A stretch of 64,000 bases of DNA from Chara braunii (Eukaryota; Plantae; Charophyceae): contig BFEA01000011.1 of assembly GCA_003427395.1 (NCBI GenBank), positions 5,215,556 through 5,279,555 on the forward strand, in the 5' to 3' direction. Under the pieces are notes generated by a model that saw only the letters and a list, made by a program, of their open reading frames with translations, searched no databases and was not told the DNA's origin. The position numbers and the translations under genes are program-made. Positions 50,245 to 63,600 of the stretch are shown here, one piece after another (position 1 is the stretch's first letter; the number at the start of each line of letters is the position of its first letter).

Positions 50245-52400
50245 ACCCTTCCCCGTGCCTCCCTTCTTCATCTCTGAGAAGGTAGGAAGGTTGACTTGCT
50301 GCTGCACCAACTCCATGTCTCTAGCCTTACCGGCCTAGCGCTTGAAGATTGGGTGCAAAGGTATTCCTAATGGATTCAGGCATGACCTTCGCTAGCTGGA
50401 ACAGCGCCTGCTCATTTGTCACGCCATGTCCAGGAACTTGGAATCCATCCATCTTCCAAATGAGGGGATCTACACTACGCCAATATTTATAATATGGTCC
50501 CCTGCAATCCGCCCCTGGTTCTTGTCTTGGAACCGGTCGACAAACTCATGGAGGAAATCATATAGGGACAGGGTCTTGCAATAAGCATCGATTCTGCCTC
50601 CGTACCCAGCTGCATGCACCTGGCTCATCACCCATGACTTCGCCTCCCCCTTCAACGCCATCGTTGCAATTACTACCCGGTCTCAAGGGTGGACTCTTTC
50701 TATATTCATATAGGTGCAAATTTGTGCAACCGCGGTAAGCAAATCTTCTTCCTTTTTGCCTGAGGGTCTTGCAACTTCATTCTTACCCTCTGCTCATAAG
50801 GCGCCCTGTAGTGCGGTCTTTCTTCCTCCTCCTTCTCGGTCCTCCTTTGTTGCCATCTCCATCTCTATCGCGATCTCTGTCTCCACCTCCTACTCCATCT
50901 CCCCTTTCCTTCACTTTCCTTACGACTTCATCCATCTTCTCCTCCATCTTTTCCTCATGCCGCTTCAACCTTTCTTCAACTATTGCCATCAATTCTACAA
51001 TCTGGTTGGCAAACGCGAGAGCGATATGCTCCATCTGCTTCTCATTGACATTCTGCTGCCATCTTTGCAGCTCCTGGATCTACGGTCGAGTGGCCTCTGC
51101 ATCTTCAGGCCCCCTTATTGCAGTGGCGGCAATCTCTTCCGACTCTTCTGCTATTTTCTTCGCTTCCAGGTCCTTCTTGACCTTGTTCGCCTCTGCCTTG
51201 GCCCTGGCCAGTTCCTGCTCTTGCCTCCTGGCCTTCTCTTTCTCCCCCTTGACCCACAATAGGGCCTCTATCAAGTGCTGTTTTTCAGTCTCCATCTGGC
51301 TTCTGCGTGTGGTGACAGACTGCAACCGCTCGGACAGGGGCTGCTGCATGTACACAAGGGGCTCTGCAGGTGCCAACTCAGGAGGACAAAGGACCTAAAC
51401 TGAGCGGCTTTCGTCCAATCCCTGAATACCATAATCAAGCTCTGCAGGGATAAAGACATGTACACAAGGGGCTCTGCGGGTACCAACTCTCTGACAGATA
51501 GATGACACCCCCTTTGTCTCAATCAACTCCAACACGACTCAGGAGGACAAAGCACCTAAACTGAGCGGCTTTCGTCCAATCCCTGAACACCACAGTCAAG
51601 TGCCTTATACACACAGCCATGTCTATACATACTGATTGGTTCCCCAAAGGCTTCACTGTGAGAAGCTCGAACGCCAATGGCCTTGGAAACATACTAACAA
51701 ATGAGGATAAAATGAATGAAATTCAATGAATTCTTTATCGGTTTGAGAATAACAAGAAGGTCCCAGCCTGCAGCTCCCCTGTGATGAAGGCGGCAATCTG
51801 TAGCACAATTTCCTCCTCCTTCAGCGCCCCTTCCTTCTTCTACTCCACCTGCTGCTTCCTCTTCAACCCTTCTTCTTCTTCCCTTTCTTGATTTGTCCTC
51901 CTCTTCCCCTTCTTTTCCATCTTTTTTCTTTTCTCCCTCAGTGGAGCCCTACATTACCTCCTCCTTCTTCTCCTCGTCTTTCTTCTTCCTCTTTTCTTCC
52001 CTCTTCTTCTCTTCTTCCTCCTTCCTCTTCTCAAACTCTTCTTCTCCGGGCCATGGAATCTGTTTCCCGCATTGACTTTCCATTGGGGCCATCCGACTGC
52101 GGTGATGTACAACAGTCAGTCAGGTAAGACCTCCCAGCAAGAATGTGGTCACACTGCTCTCTTACAGTAACAAGCACTGCACCACCCAGCTCGCCAGCAC
52201 CATGATGGCGAGTGCCTAAGAACCAGCTCCAATACCAAATTGCTAGGAAATAAGCAATGTGAACAACAATTAACCATATTGCAACATCTGGCAGAAGACC
52301 GCAGAAGACCAGACATTATTGAGCCGAAATTGAAAGCAGTAATCAAAGTGAGATGCACACCAAATAGGAACGAGCAAAACACCGAAGTCTCTTGATAAAG
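50245..52400 (-). mobile_element. Ty3/gypsy 5' portion (LTR end, tRNA-iMet PBS, gag remnant) interrupted by the L1
   Basis: PBS TGGTATTGGAGC 52226-37; gag ALKGEAKSW..AGYGGRI..DRFQDKN. Confidence 0.72.
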
Positions 52401-54935
52401 AAAGCCCTTCCAACGCCTCCGGTCATCAATGCAACAACACTGTAGCCCTCCTATAGACGTCCTGGACGCCGACCCTACCACCTATTGCTCCATTCAATCT
52501 AGTCTACCTACACCAACAACAAGTCGACGAGTCATCAGCCCAATGCCGCTTGAAGACTCTGATCGAAAAGCCTGGCTTCGTCAACACCGTGTACGTGCTT
52601 CGTTCACACCACTTCTCTCTCTTGTTGTCCATCCCTCTATCCACCAAGGACCTCTGCAACAGCTTCCCACAGGCACAGCGCTCAGCTACTGCTCCAGCAG
52701 GGCTGCTGCAGTGGCACAATGCCCGAATGTGCGAGTCTGGGCGGCCTCCAGTCTTTTGTACTGGATGGAGAGGATGACGAGGCTGCGCCCAGGCTGTGCC
52801 CTTTCCCAGTTGCCCTGCGCCTGGGCCCTTCCAGAATGTGCACGCATGGCCAGCATCTGCAACGAGCTTGTGGGCTGGGCCTCCCGGTTAGTTGAAGATG
52901 CTGCATGTGTGCTGCAGCTACCCTGGGCCCCTTTCTGATCACAGTCGCGTGTTCTCAGGCCCAGCTGCATTTTGGGAGGCCCACCTTCATTTGGGGTGGG
53001 TAGGTCCTGTTTTTGGTTTACCCGAGGTCTTGAATCCCCGCACTGCATAGAAACCGTCTATCTCGACATCATTTCCTTCTTTCTCTCCCTCTTTTTCTCC
53101 GCCCCTCGTGGTTTCATCAGCTAATACATTGTCTACCATTTGTCTGTCTACCATTTGTCTATCCACCTTGAGTGCTATGAGTCCCCCGTCTTCCCTATCT
53201 GTTGATATTCCTTCCTCCCTTGCTTAGCTGTCCACATAACGTACAAGCAATCACCTCAACCTGCTTCACTGTCTTCCCCATCCTTCTGCCCCAGAAGTGG
53301 TATTACTGATACAACCCCCTTTCACTCCCTGACAGAAGAATCTGGTATACTCATCGACGCGGAATCGATGCAATGCAACATAATACGACTGAGGTATGTT
53401 CTCACTTCATCTGAGACGGAAATTTCTGCACTAATTAGGAGCGGAATTTTCAAAGAGGATGACAGGCATGTATGGGAATGGAGACTATGGACGTTATCAA
53501 TATTCTCCAAAATCTGTCATCGTCAGAGAGACATAGTACAGTGGGGTAACAAATTGGTTGAAATTGTGATCAGTGTAAGGACCTGCCAAACATGGACTGA
53601 GACACACAGCTGATTTCTGAGTTAAGCCAATGGAATGTATGCTTTGCTGAGATTCCCGTTTGTTGCTGAGTTTTCTAAGTCTGTGTGTGTGCGTGTTTGA
53701 CGGTCTGCATGTCTGTCTGAGTGATTGTCGGCTTGAGTGTGTGTGTGACCCGTAAGGGCACTTGCTCGTTTGGGAGGCCCGAAGGGCCGGTACTTACCTG
53801 TGGCCGTGACTTTGAGGGTTGCAGCAGGGAAAACACTCAAGTGGCGAGAGTAGGCCCACGACACTTAGGGCAGTGGGGAAAAGCACTGAAGTAGCAGGTA
53901 GGCCGGTACCACACCAAGTAGCAGTAGATGTGTCGGGTACTCGAGGCTGAGCAGAAGAAGAGAAAAGTTTGCATTTCTAGAGGCCCAGTAGTTGTAGGCT
54001 ACGTCTAGGCGGGTACCAGTCCAACTAGTCTGAGTCTAGGGCCTGTACGGGCAATATCAGAGTCTGCAATGATGTTTCCCTCCGAAAAGGAGGAGGTACT
54101 GGTTGCTTGGAGGCCGCGCGGCCTGGAAGTCACCGCCCAAGAGGCAAGCAGGCCGCTATATCTCCAGGAGGACCAAAGAGCTCCTCCTCATTCTACGGTG
54201 TGCAAGTTTGACGACACGCTGCTTGGAGTGCTGGCTGGAGCAGTGCTGCTGGGGAGGAAGGAGCGCCCAGCTCCCCACCGTGGCTATGGTGGAGCACGGG
54301 CTGGAGGAGGAGGAAGACGAGGACTAGGAAGGGGGAGCAACAGAGGTACTTACCTGGCTATGGTGGACGCTATCTTCATCACCTTGGTGGGCGCTGCATC
54401 TGGAAACCCCCGGTTGGGGTAGAGCTACACCAAGAAGCTCCGAGGCAGAGTCAGGCATGTTGGCCTGAGCTAGAGCAGCCATAGCTGCTTTGAGTTGTCT
54501 TTTGCACATCAGGGCAAGGCCCTCGCAGTCCGCCATATCCTCAGCCTTCAGGAAGAGGAAGGAGAAAGGTGGCCATGGCTATGGTGGACCTCGTGTTGTA
54601 CCTGCAGTAGAAGAGGGATTTGGACATTGATTCTGGGTCAGCCATTCAACATTAATATTATTATATATTGTGAATAAAGGGAGGAGAAAAGGAGGAGGAG
54701 AGTGGTTGGCGAGAAGAAGGGAATTATCATTGGTCTTTGCTGGTGTACATCTTCTTCTTCTTCTTCTTCTTTCCCTCTCTCTCCTCTTCATTCATTTCTT
54801 GTTGTAATTGAACGGCATTATGCTTTCTCATGAATTTGTACTTCAGAATTGGCCACGATCATGACATCAGCTAGAAAAGGAATGTTAAAGTAGTGTACTC
54901 ATGTGGTTTACCGCTCGTTTATGAACTATATGCAG

Positions 54936-55022
54936 GCATGGCTGATGAACTTGTAAAATTGTTCGATGATGAGGATGACTTCGTACGGGAGCACGCTGCT
55001 TTGACTTTTATGCATACTGCAG
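54936..55022 (+). CDS. RSP14: Exon of RSP14-like gene
   Basis: tgcag|GC ATG...GCA G|gtgaaa; (G)MADELVKLFDDEDDFVREHAALTFMHTA is an ARM/HEAT repeat; its phase-1 start completes the Gly codon left by the exon ending at 25411. Confidence 0.72.
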
Positions 55023-57750
55023 GTGAAAGAATGGGCTCAGTCCTCATCCAGTTCTTGAGGACTTTTTTTTTGGAGAGGATGGAGAATCACTGCACAATGT
55101 GCTGAGGTCTGACTCAAATGCAAATGAGATTAGGAATAAGAGATATTGATTCATTGTTTCACATTTCCACCTCCTCATAATGATGCTGTGAAGGTTGGAA
55201 ACCATGGTGACACCAATCCCGATACCCGGTGGATAGTGTCTGGACATCTGGATCTGATCCACTCCAGGGGTTGCACCAACAAAAAAAACACCCTTCTTCG
55301 CTTTCAGAATCCTTTTCTCGAATTTCATTCAATACTTGGGCCTGACTGTCAGCCATAATTCTTTTGTAGTACCTGCAGGTAGATGAACAGTACGTCTGTA
55401 CATATTCGTCAACAGCTTAACCCCCAGCACCTTAAAAGCCCTGTGACCAAGCTGCGTTCTCTCTGCTAGGTTTTACGAGGCATTGTATGGGAGGAACCAT
55501 CAGATCAAGATCCAATGGACCTTCTAGCTTGAGCGAATTTTCAGCACAACCAATTTGTGGCATCTCGGTCAGCAGCAGGCACTGTTGCTTCAGTAGTTCA
55601 AAGGTTGCCTGACCAGTAACATTATGGGTCGATAGCCTCCAAAAAAAAAAGACACATTATGACACATACAGTTTTCATGCTGAAATCTTCGACTTCATTT
55701 GCAACATGCATACATACAGGTGTCGGTGGCACAACAACTTTCTCGAAGTAGAATCAGCAACAAGAGTGGAATGGCGCAGTGCGCCCTCACAGAAAACTCA
55801 GAGATATGGCCCTCAGCCAAGGACTCAGTTCAAGTCAACTTGTCACATCTTGCAGCTATGGCATCTGAGCGCCAGTCTGAATTCCCACTTTCACACTATA
55901 TCCACCATCTGACACACCCACACTCACTCACACATGTGCACACACACTAGGATCTACCCTGAATGTCCACACACATACACACAAACGCACACACAAACAC
56001 ACACACACACACACTAACTACTGACTCTGTCACACTGGTGGCTGTGGCCGCCGTCGTCTTCCTCCTCACTACCGGCTATGGGCGCTCACCCTCTTCCACC
56101 TTCGGGCTTCTTGCTGACCACCGGCGAACTTCGACACACAAGTCACTCGGGCAGAACTTCCACGTAGTCCACCAGATAATGAGTGAATGACTGATCGCTG
56201 CCTCTTTATTTATACTGTTTCGTTTGGTGGTCTGGGCATGCCGATGTCCCAGGCCCTCAAGATGTGCAGTCCCACTCTGGTACTTGCTGCTGGACTGGGA
56301 CTGTCTGTACTTTTGCCCCTTCGGGGCTGGGCTGGGGACTCTTGACCTTTCAGAGGCCGATGGGCTGCCTCCTGGCACTTCGAAAGGTCAAATTGACGCT
56401 TCGAGTACTGTCTAGACTACGACTGACTGACCTTTCAAAGTCGTAGAGCTAGACCTACGGACTGACATTAAGACTGCTCATAGACAGATCTACAGTTCAT
56501 CTCCACACAACCCAAGCTAGAACACAAAACATTTGTACACGTTTCTAGGGGCAGGTTGAGGGTTCAAAGCACACAGGGTCAACGGGCGTCTGTACAATGG
56601 GTTAGGCCAGGTCTAGGGATCGAGTCCTGGCATCTGCGATTGTCGCGCAAACTGGGTGAAAACCTTTCAATGCAGTTTTTTGTCTGAGAAATCCGCATTT
56701 CTTTAAGAAAGTCTCTGCCTTTGAGCTTTTTGCTGAGATTTCCAAGTTAGGTCTGTTTTGCTGTTTTTTGTGAGTCTGTGTGGCCTGCTGATGATGTATG
56801 TATGCCGTGTGCTTGTCCATAAGATATCTCAGTTGAAGTCTGTGCTCGTGTGCTAATCCTTTTCTCCCGTGCTGTGGTTCTGCATATTGGATAAGGGTGG
56901 TTTGTTATGTGCCTGATTGAGAAACAATCCACACTCAACTCACACGTTCCCATACTCACATGCAATTGCGGAGCAGGTTTGGAGAGAGAAAATCCACACC
57001 AAACCAAAGATGAGATATGCACAACAGAAGCTCAAACCCCAAAATTGAATTGAGTTAAATGATCTTAAATCCAATTCTGATTATTACCATCTCTCCCCAA
57101 ATCAATCAACAGCACTGAAATCCAAGGATCCCAACCGCGTTTCAACAACCTCGAAATTAATTGGAGCCTTCTTCTTCCTCCTCGCCACCTCACAACCCTG
57201 GCTATGGCTGCCGCAGCAACCAACACTCGACACCATCACCCTGGAGCAATATCTGAACTAGCACCCCAGTCAAGTGGAGCATGTCCAGCGCCCTCACGGA
57301 AGTACAGCGCTCATGTTCCTGATGAAGAAGGAGAGCCACCAGACACTTTGAAGAAGACGAAGTTCCCCTTGAAGGAGAACAACAGATATGGCTGCCCAAT
57401 GATGATGGCAGCGTCCTAACCCTACAGCTCCACAGTGGAGAGTACCCTCAGTGCCTGAAGCCTTGCTTCAGCGCTGGCAAATACAAGCACGATCGGCCCC
57501 AGCTATGGCCGTCAGTCACCTCCATTGATGAAGATGGCCACACAGGTAGAATAGCACAGCTTCACCTCACGCCACTCTTCCAAACCACAACCAAAAACAA
57601 CAGGAAAAGAAACAGACTGAATTCCCTGCCAAAGTATTCCTACCTCACGACCTACCGGAACCCTCCGACTATGAAAGACACAACAGCTACCGGTACCTGT
57701 CCATTCACAAAAAAACAGAAACGGGCCTGGGACAACGATATTTACAGAAA

Positions 57751-57879
57751 CAAGTGGACCCGCCGCAGCGAAGGGCAATGAAAAACGAAATTTGCGAAAC
57801 AGGAAGGGAATTTGTACATGTAGCTGCGAGGGGGATAAGAGGAAAATGTCAGTGCAAAAGGATATTCGACTGTGGTGAG

Positions 57880-57922
<43 letters not shown>

Positions 57923-57925
57923 GTC

Positions 57926-57982
<57 letters not shown>

Positions 57983-60900
57983 NNNNNNNNNNNNNNNNNN
58001 NNNNNNNNNNTCATTCTCTTGCTGGTACGAACTGCTCCCAGTAGGACGTATGTTTGTCTTTTGTTGGCGGCTTGAGAGTTTTCATGCTGGTGCTTGTTGT
58101 CACTGGGCGTATGTCGAGCTCCGTATGTTTGGCTTGTCTTGGCAGCTTGTGTGTGGGCCTCGCAGTCTTGAGAGGTGTGACGCTGGTGCTTGTTGTCATC
58201 GTCGGGGAGCACCTTGTGCTTGGAGGTATGCCACAGTGCGGTTGATGATGTCAGATCTGAAGGTGGGGAAGGGAGGGAGTGGGCGGTGGGTTTGGTGGTG
58301 GAGGAGGATGAGGTCGTTAAGGTAGTCCCATGTGCGCGGTGTGTGTGGCATGTTGTACATTTTGAGTGTCAGGGGGGAGGTGAGCATGTCATGGATGATG
58401 GCAGTGGAACGGGTTGCGCCCCAGGGTTCAAGAGGGAGCCACCAAAGGGGATCGGTCTCACTGATTGTCTGAGGCTGAAGTTGTAATTCGATCACACTGG
58501 TAGCGGAGGCGGCTGAAAACAGGGGAGCGTATTTTGCTGTAGTCGTCGTTGACTATTTTAAGCATGAAGGTTTTCATTTGTGCGAAATGGATATTGGGAT
58601 GCGGGTGGGGGTCAGGGCAGCGGAGCATGTGTGTGTGGTTTTGTTTGTAAATGTCGAAGAAGTTGTAAAGGTGAGTTGAAAAGGCAGCTTGGTCGGTAGT
58701 AAGGAAGTCTTCCCAGAGGAGCTGGTCGATAATGCGATTGATGTTATTGGAGTTTATGAGAGGGATCCAAGTGTCGAATGTGGGAATGGGGAGTTGAGCG
58801 AGGGTGTCGTCGTCGAGATCGAATTGTGAGGAGGTCAGGTGTTGTGAGGAGGAAGGTAAAGTAGAGGTAGTGCGTGTTGAGGAAGTGGGAGTGCATGTGG
58901 TTGTGCAAGTAGGGAGTGTGGAAGGTGTTGTGAGTGTTGTAGTGATTTGTGAAGGTGTCGATGAAGCAGGGAGTGCAAGAGTTGGGGCTGGTGTTGATAT
59001 GGTTGTTGATGCAGCGATTGTTGATCTTTTAGGGACTGCAGCAGTTGGGGGAGATGCTGATGTAGTTGTTGATGCAAGTGCCGCAGTTGCTGATGCAGCT
59101 AGCAAGATATGTGGTAGGAGAACTTGGTGAAGGGATGGGAGGATTCGACCACGAAGGAATCTGTTGTTTGGGATGGAGTCAATGATGAGTCGTGTGCCAT
59201 TGCACAGGCCATTTCTCATGGCGATAATTTGTAGGACGATGACAGGGGCGCCTTTTTTCATTCGTAGGATGTGGGGCGGGAGTGATGGAAGGTCAAGCGT
59301 GTTAAGAGTGTCGATAGGGACATCAGGGAAGTTTTCGTTGGGTAGGAGTGAGTCAGCACTGAGGCAAGTGATGATGCTTCTTGGAAATGAATCAAGAATG
59401 ATGTTGTTAAGAGTCGAAACGACTTTGTTTTTTGGTGACAAAATAAGGCGTTCAGCAAGCCATTGTGGGTTTTTCGAGTTTTCTTGCAGGTCGGGGAAAG
59501 TCTAATTTATGAGTTCGGGAGTGTCGTCGTGGAGGCAAAGGTGAGGTGGGAGATGAACGGTATTCGCAGGTGCATTGTGTGGTTGTTCAGTCACCGTTTT
59601 CGAGTGTAAGTAACCATTGCGCATACTCATGACCGGCAGGAGTATTGATTTGTGTAAGGACGCGCATGTTTTCAAAGAGAAGCATTGTGTGGAAGGGTCG
59701 CCAGAGAAATGAGGATTTAATGCACGCGTCTATTGTTTGTGCGCATGTGCCTTTAGTAATAACAGGAAGGATTTGTCATAAATCACCGCCGAGAACAGAG
59801 ACTTTCCCACCGAATGGAAGCAGACATGAACAGATGTCTTGTAATGTTCTGTTTAATGCTTCAATGTGAAATTTGTGTATCATGGGTGCTTCTTCCCAGA
59901 GGATGAGAACAGCCATGCGGATAAGTTGGGAGAGTGCAGATTGTTTGGGAATATCTAATGTGGATGTAGCGATGGGGGTTAGTGGTGCTTTTAAACAGGA
60001 GTGGAAAGTTCGTCCACCGTCTAATAAAGTGGCAGCTATATCGCTAGAGGCCACGACAAGTGCGACTTGGTTATGGTTGCGAATACGTGCAAGGATTGTG
60101 TTGAAGCAGAATGTCTTGCCTGTGCCAGCAGGTGTGTCGACAAAGAGATAAAGCGGCTCTTTGTTTTCAGCAGCGTGGATGACACGTTGGAAGATCGCAT
60201 TTTAGGAAGGGCGCAAGCGAGGGACGTTGGAATCAATGGTGTATTGGAGGTGATGTTTATCGTAAGAAATCTCGTCCTCGAGAATGCATGGGATGCCTTG
60301 GCGGCGTGGTCTTTCGGCAAGGCCATCGTCTTGTTCTTTGTCTACTGGTGGTGGTGATGCGAGGCCAACATCGTCCAACTCTTTGCCCTCTTTTTGCAAG
60401 CGGCTTTCGATGTCGAGTAGGAGTAATGCTTTGATGATTGACAGTGGAACGTGTGCACCGACTAGATCTTTGTGAAAGTCGTCAATCATTTGTTGCCAGT
60501 GGGTTTCAAAAAAGTCATTAGGGTCAGCGAGGGCGAAATGAAGAATAATGTGAACGAAGAGGTCGTGAACCATCAGTGACGGTGAGGTCAAAATTGTGCC
60601 TTGTAGAACTGCGTCGAATTGTGTGTTGTCATTCAATAGACCGAGTGTTTTGCATGTGGATTGATATGTGGGATGAATTTGAGCATCAATGGTTCGGAGA
60701 TGTTCAAAACTTGTTGCGCCGCGAGAGTGCGGTGATAAAAGAAGCATACGGAGATCAAATGTGTCGCTTGCGTTTGGGTGGATGGTGTGTATTTGACCAA
60801 TTGTGTTTGCAGCACGTTGGCGAACAATCCATCGTTTTGTTTTTTGTCAAAGCGAAAACGCCGGATCATATCTTTGTATAGGGGTTTTGTGTCGTCAGGG

Positions 60901-61295
60901 TCATGTAGATGTGCAACGTTCCATTTGAGCCATGCTGTTAGTTCAGTTTCGGGTGTCGGGGCTCATCTGATGCGGTCGGCTTGTCGTTGGTGAAAGTACA
61001 CTTGTTGGCGGTTTTCAGTGTGAACAGGTAGTGGGGAAACGGGTAGGTCACGTTCAGATATAGCAAAATAAAAAATGCGCCAACAGGATTCTGCAGCGCT
61101 GATTGTTCTCATGTCTTGGTACGTTTGAATCTCGTCTTCAGTGTCTATTGCTTCAACCACCATTGTTCTGTCTGGGTCGTTTAAGATTTATTCAAACATA
61201 TAACGACATGCGGCGGTCGATGCACAAATTTCAACGTTAAAGTTAAGGGTTGTAAGGGACAACCCATGAATTGTCGAGTTCATTGTTGCTGCGGA
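57751..61295 (-). mobile_element. Helitron, 5'-truncated, with RepHel pseudogene
   Basis: NSWVVPYNP, DEIQTYQDMRTISAAESCWRIF, GATSFEHLRT, AGTGKTF, GGRTFHS, PFGGK..GGD, NGLCNGTRL; 3' hairpin GCCC..GCGGGT followed by CTTG|T (a CTAG variant) at 57751. Confidence 0.9.
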
Positions 61296-61515
61296 TTAAC
61301 AATTGGAGAGAGGCGACAATGAGAGGCACTCGCACCTGGAATCTGATTCAAGGGAGACACTTGGCGACTTTGGGGCTTCCCTCAAGTACGCGAGCTTGAG
61401 GGAAAGCAACCATTCTCCATCTACAGATTGCAAGTTGCTACTTGATTCTTCAGCATCGGGGGGGGATCCGGCATTGCACTTGGGTGTTGGAATCACACCC
61501 TCCTAGGACATAGGA

Positions 61516-61630
61516 TACTGAACCCGATTTCCAGCAGGTGCTGCTCCCCACCAATAGATGGAGCCTTCAACGCTGGGGCCCACTTAATGGGGATGCTCTT
61601 ATCACCTCATTAGGTGGCTTTCCCACATAC

Positions 61631-61680
<50 letters not shown>
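61516..61680 (+). mobile_element. Short poly(A) non-LTR 3'-end insertion
   Basis: 11-bp TSD AGGACATAGGA (61505-15, 61681-91); ~45-nt A tail; both shared structural motifs. Confidence 0.88.
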
Positions 61681-61683
<3 letters not shown>

Positions 61684-62598
61684 ACATAGGACACCAGTGT
61701 AGGGGTAGCACTACATGGGTCAGGGAGACCATATGAGAGGGGGGTGAGTTTTATTCATCTCGAAGCTCAGGCCACTCACGTAAGTGTCATACACCTACGG
61801 GATGCCAATGTATGTGTGTGCATGGTATTGATCGTCCTGTTGGGGTTATTTTGGGTTTCTTTCCTACTCCTCTGCGGTCTTGATTGTGTGTTTGAGTGTG
61901 TGAACGACTTACTCACCTGATGGATGGAGAAATGAAGTATTTTGCTTTGAATGACAAGTCCTTCTACAATACTTCGTCTTTTCATCTCTGAACGTTTGTA
62001 GTTTGCAGGTTCTCTTTGAAAAGTTGAAATTTGTTTTTTAGTACGGTAGAGGCAGAAGGTAGGTCCATGTGGGACTCCTGTTGGTTGGGACTCGGTTATG
62101 GCCTATGTGGGACCCTTAGGGACCCAGCGGGAGCGGGCCCAAGCAAGAAGGGCCCCTTGAACCAAATTTGTTAGACATTGGCTCACTCTCTTTCTGACTA
62201 GGATTCAGAGTTTATCCTTTGGGTTAGGACACCCGTTGTCGAGGGGATCTCATCTGAGACATTTCACATACTTTTGTCGCACCTTCCGTGGCTTGACTCA
62301 CACCTTGTACACCACTCAATTCTCCATTGTTGCATATCGTCACTCGATTGTCTGATTTGTTGTACGTTCACGAAACTTGTCAGATTGGACTCAAGGGGAT
62401 CTCGTATTCGGGCTGATCAGGCTGAGTCGCTAGATCAGACCTCTCATTTGAAATTATTTTTATTTTTTTATTGGTTGCTCTCTTGACCAAATGTCATATC
62501 GCTCCAACTAGGATTTCTACCTTCTTTTTCCTTGAGCTTTTCGGTTTGTTTCTTTCTCTAATTTCGTTCTCAATGCCCGTGGAGACTCGCAACCAAAG

Positions 62599-62651
<53 letters not shown>

Positions 62652-62839
62652 AAGAGCGGAAAAGTGACCGTCTTGAGTGGACAAGGACTGGGAAATAGAG
62701 CGTTTGTCCTAGCGGAAAGGGGAGTGTACCTCTTGAGAGTCTGATTGATTCCTTTGCTGGTTTGCGTTTTGCGTCTCTCCAACCCATCTGTCGACGGAAA
62801 CGGTCCAAAACGGCCCAGCCACAACTAATCTCAACGCAG

Positions 62840-63600
62840 TGGCAGACCTTATTGAATGTAGCTTGTGAGGTGGAAAAAACGCGTTTGCGAGTACTCTATG
62901 ACGGTGCCCTCAAAAGGGAACAGTAGACGGAGGAAGAGAGGAAGGAGTTGTTGCTCAAAAGTCAGTTGTCCATTTTGGAAATTGTTCCCTCACTGAGCAA
63001 AGAACAGTGTGGGGAACAACTGCAGCCTATTCTCACCGGTATCGTTCAACGGAACCTTGAGGATCATACCACTCACTTCTTCGAAGTCTTTGCAAAATTA
63101 CGGAAACTTCGGGAGAATTTGACCGATATGACTGGCAAATACCGTGACTTGACGGTAGAGGTTGTTGTGTTGCGATAAGCTGGAGTGGTCAATCCTCTTC
63201 CTCTACCCCTGGTTCCGGAGATGCTATTGAAACTACTTTTGCCCCTCTTACCATATCCTCTTCTTCTTTTTCTTATTTGAGTGTGATGGCAAGATTGTTG
63301 CTCCAGCAAGCGACAATGCGGGAGCCCCAAAATCAGAACCAGCAGGTGCTGGTCCCAGCTACAGCGATTCCTATGTGGATCGAAAGGCGGTGCAGATACC
63401 GTCTAAGTACGACACCAAGGAAGACATTGAATCCTAGATCGGCTCCATGAAAGCTTATTTTGAGGTTATGGGAACTCGGACAGAGACCCAGTCTGTGATC
63501 ATGAAAATGAATGTCGCGCCCATCGTACGGGGATTCTTAGAAGTCCAATCCATGCGAGTTGGGGTCCTAAGGATAGACCTGACACAATGGCTTAAAGCAC
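62840..63600 (+). pseudogene. Ty3/gypsy gag remnant
   Basis: IPSKYDTKEDIES*IGSMKAYFEVMG is capsid-like; upstream LTR-like sequence ends in CAGTGGCAGA as at 35691. Confidence 0.5.

Noticed and set aside
55370-55760. Next RSP14 exon
   Set aside because: Candidate AG acceptors give stops or non-ARM peptides in the required phase; the exon probably lies beyond the window
57515-57640. Host-gene exon
   Set aside because: A diverged second copy at ~63625-63750 indicates a dispersed repeat, and no protein is recognisable
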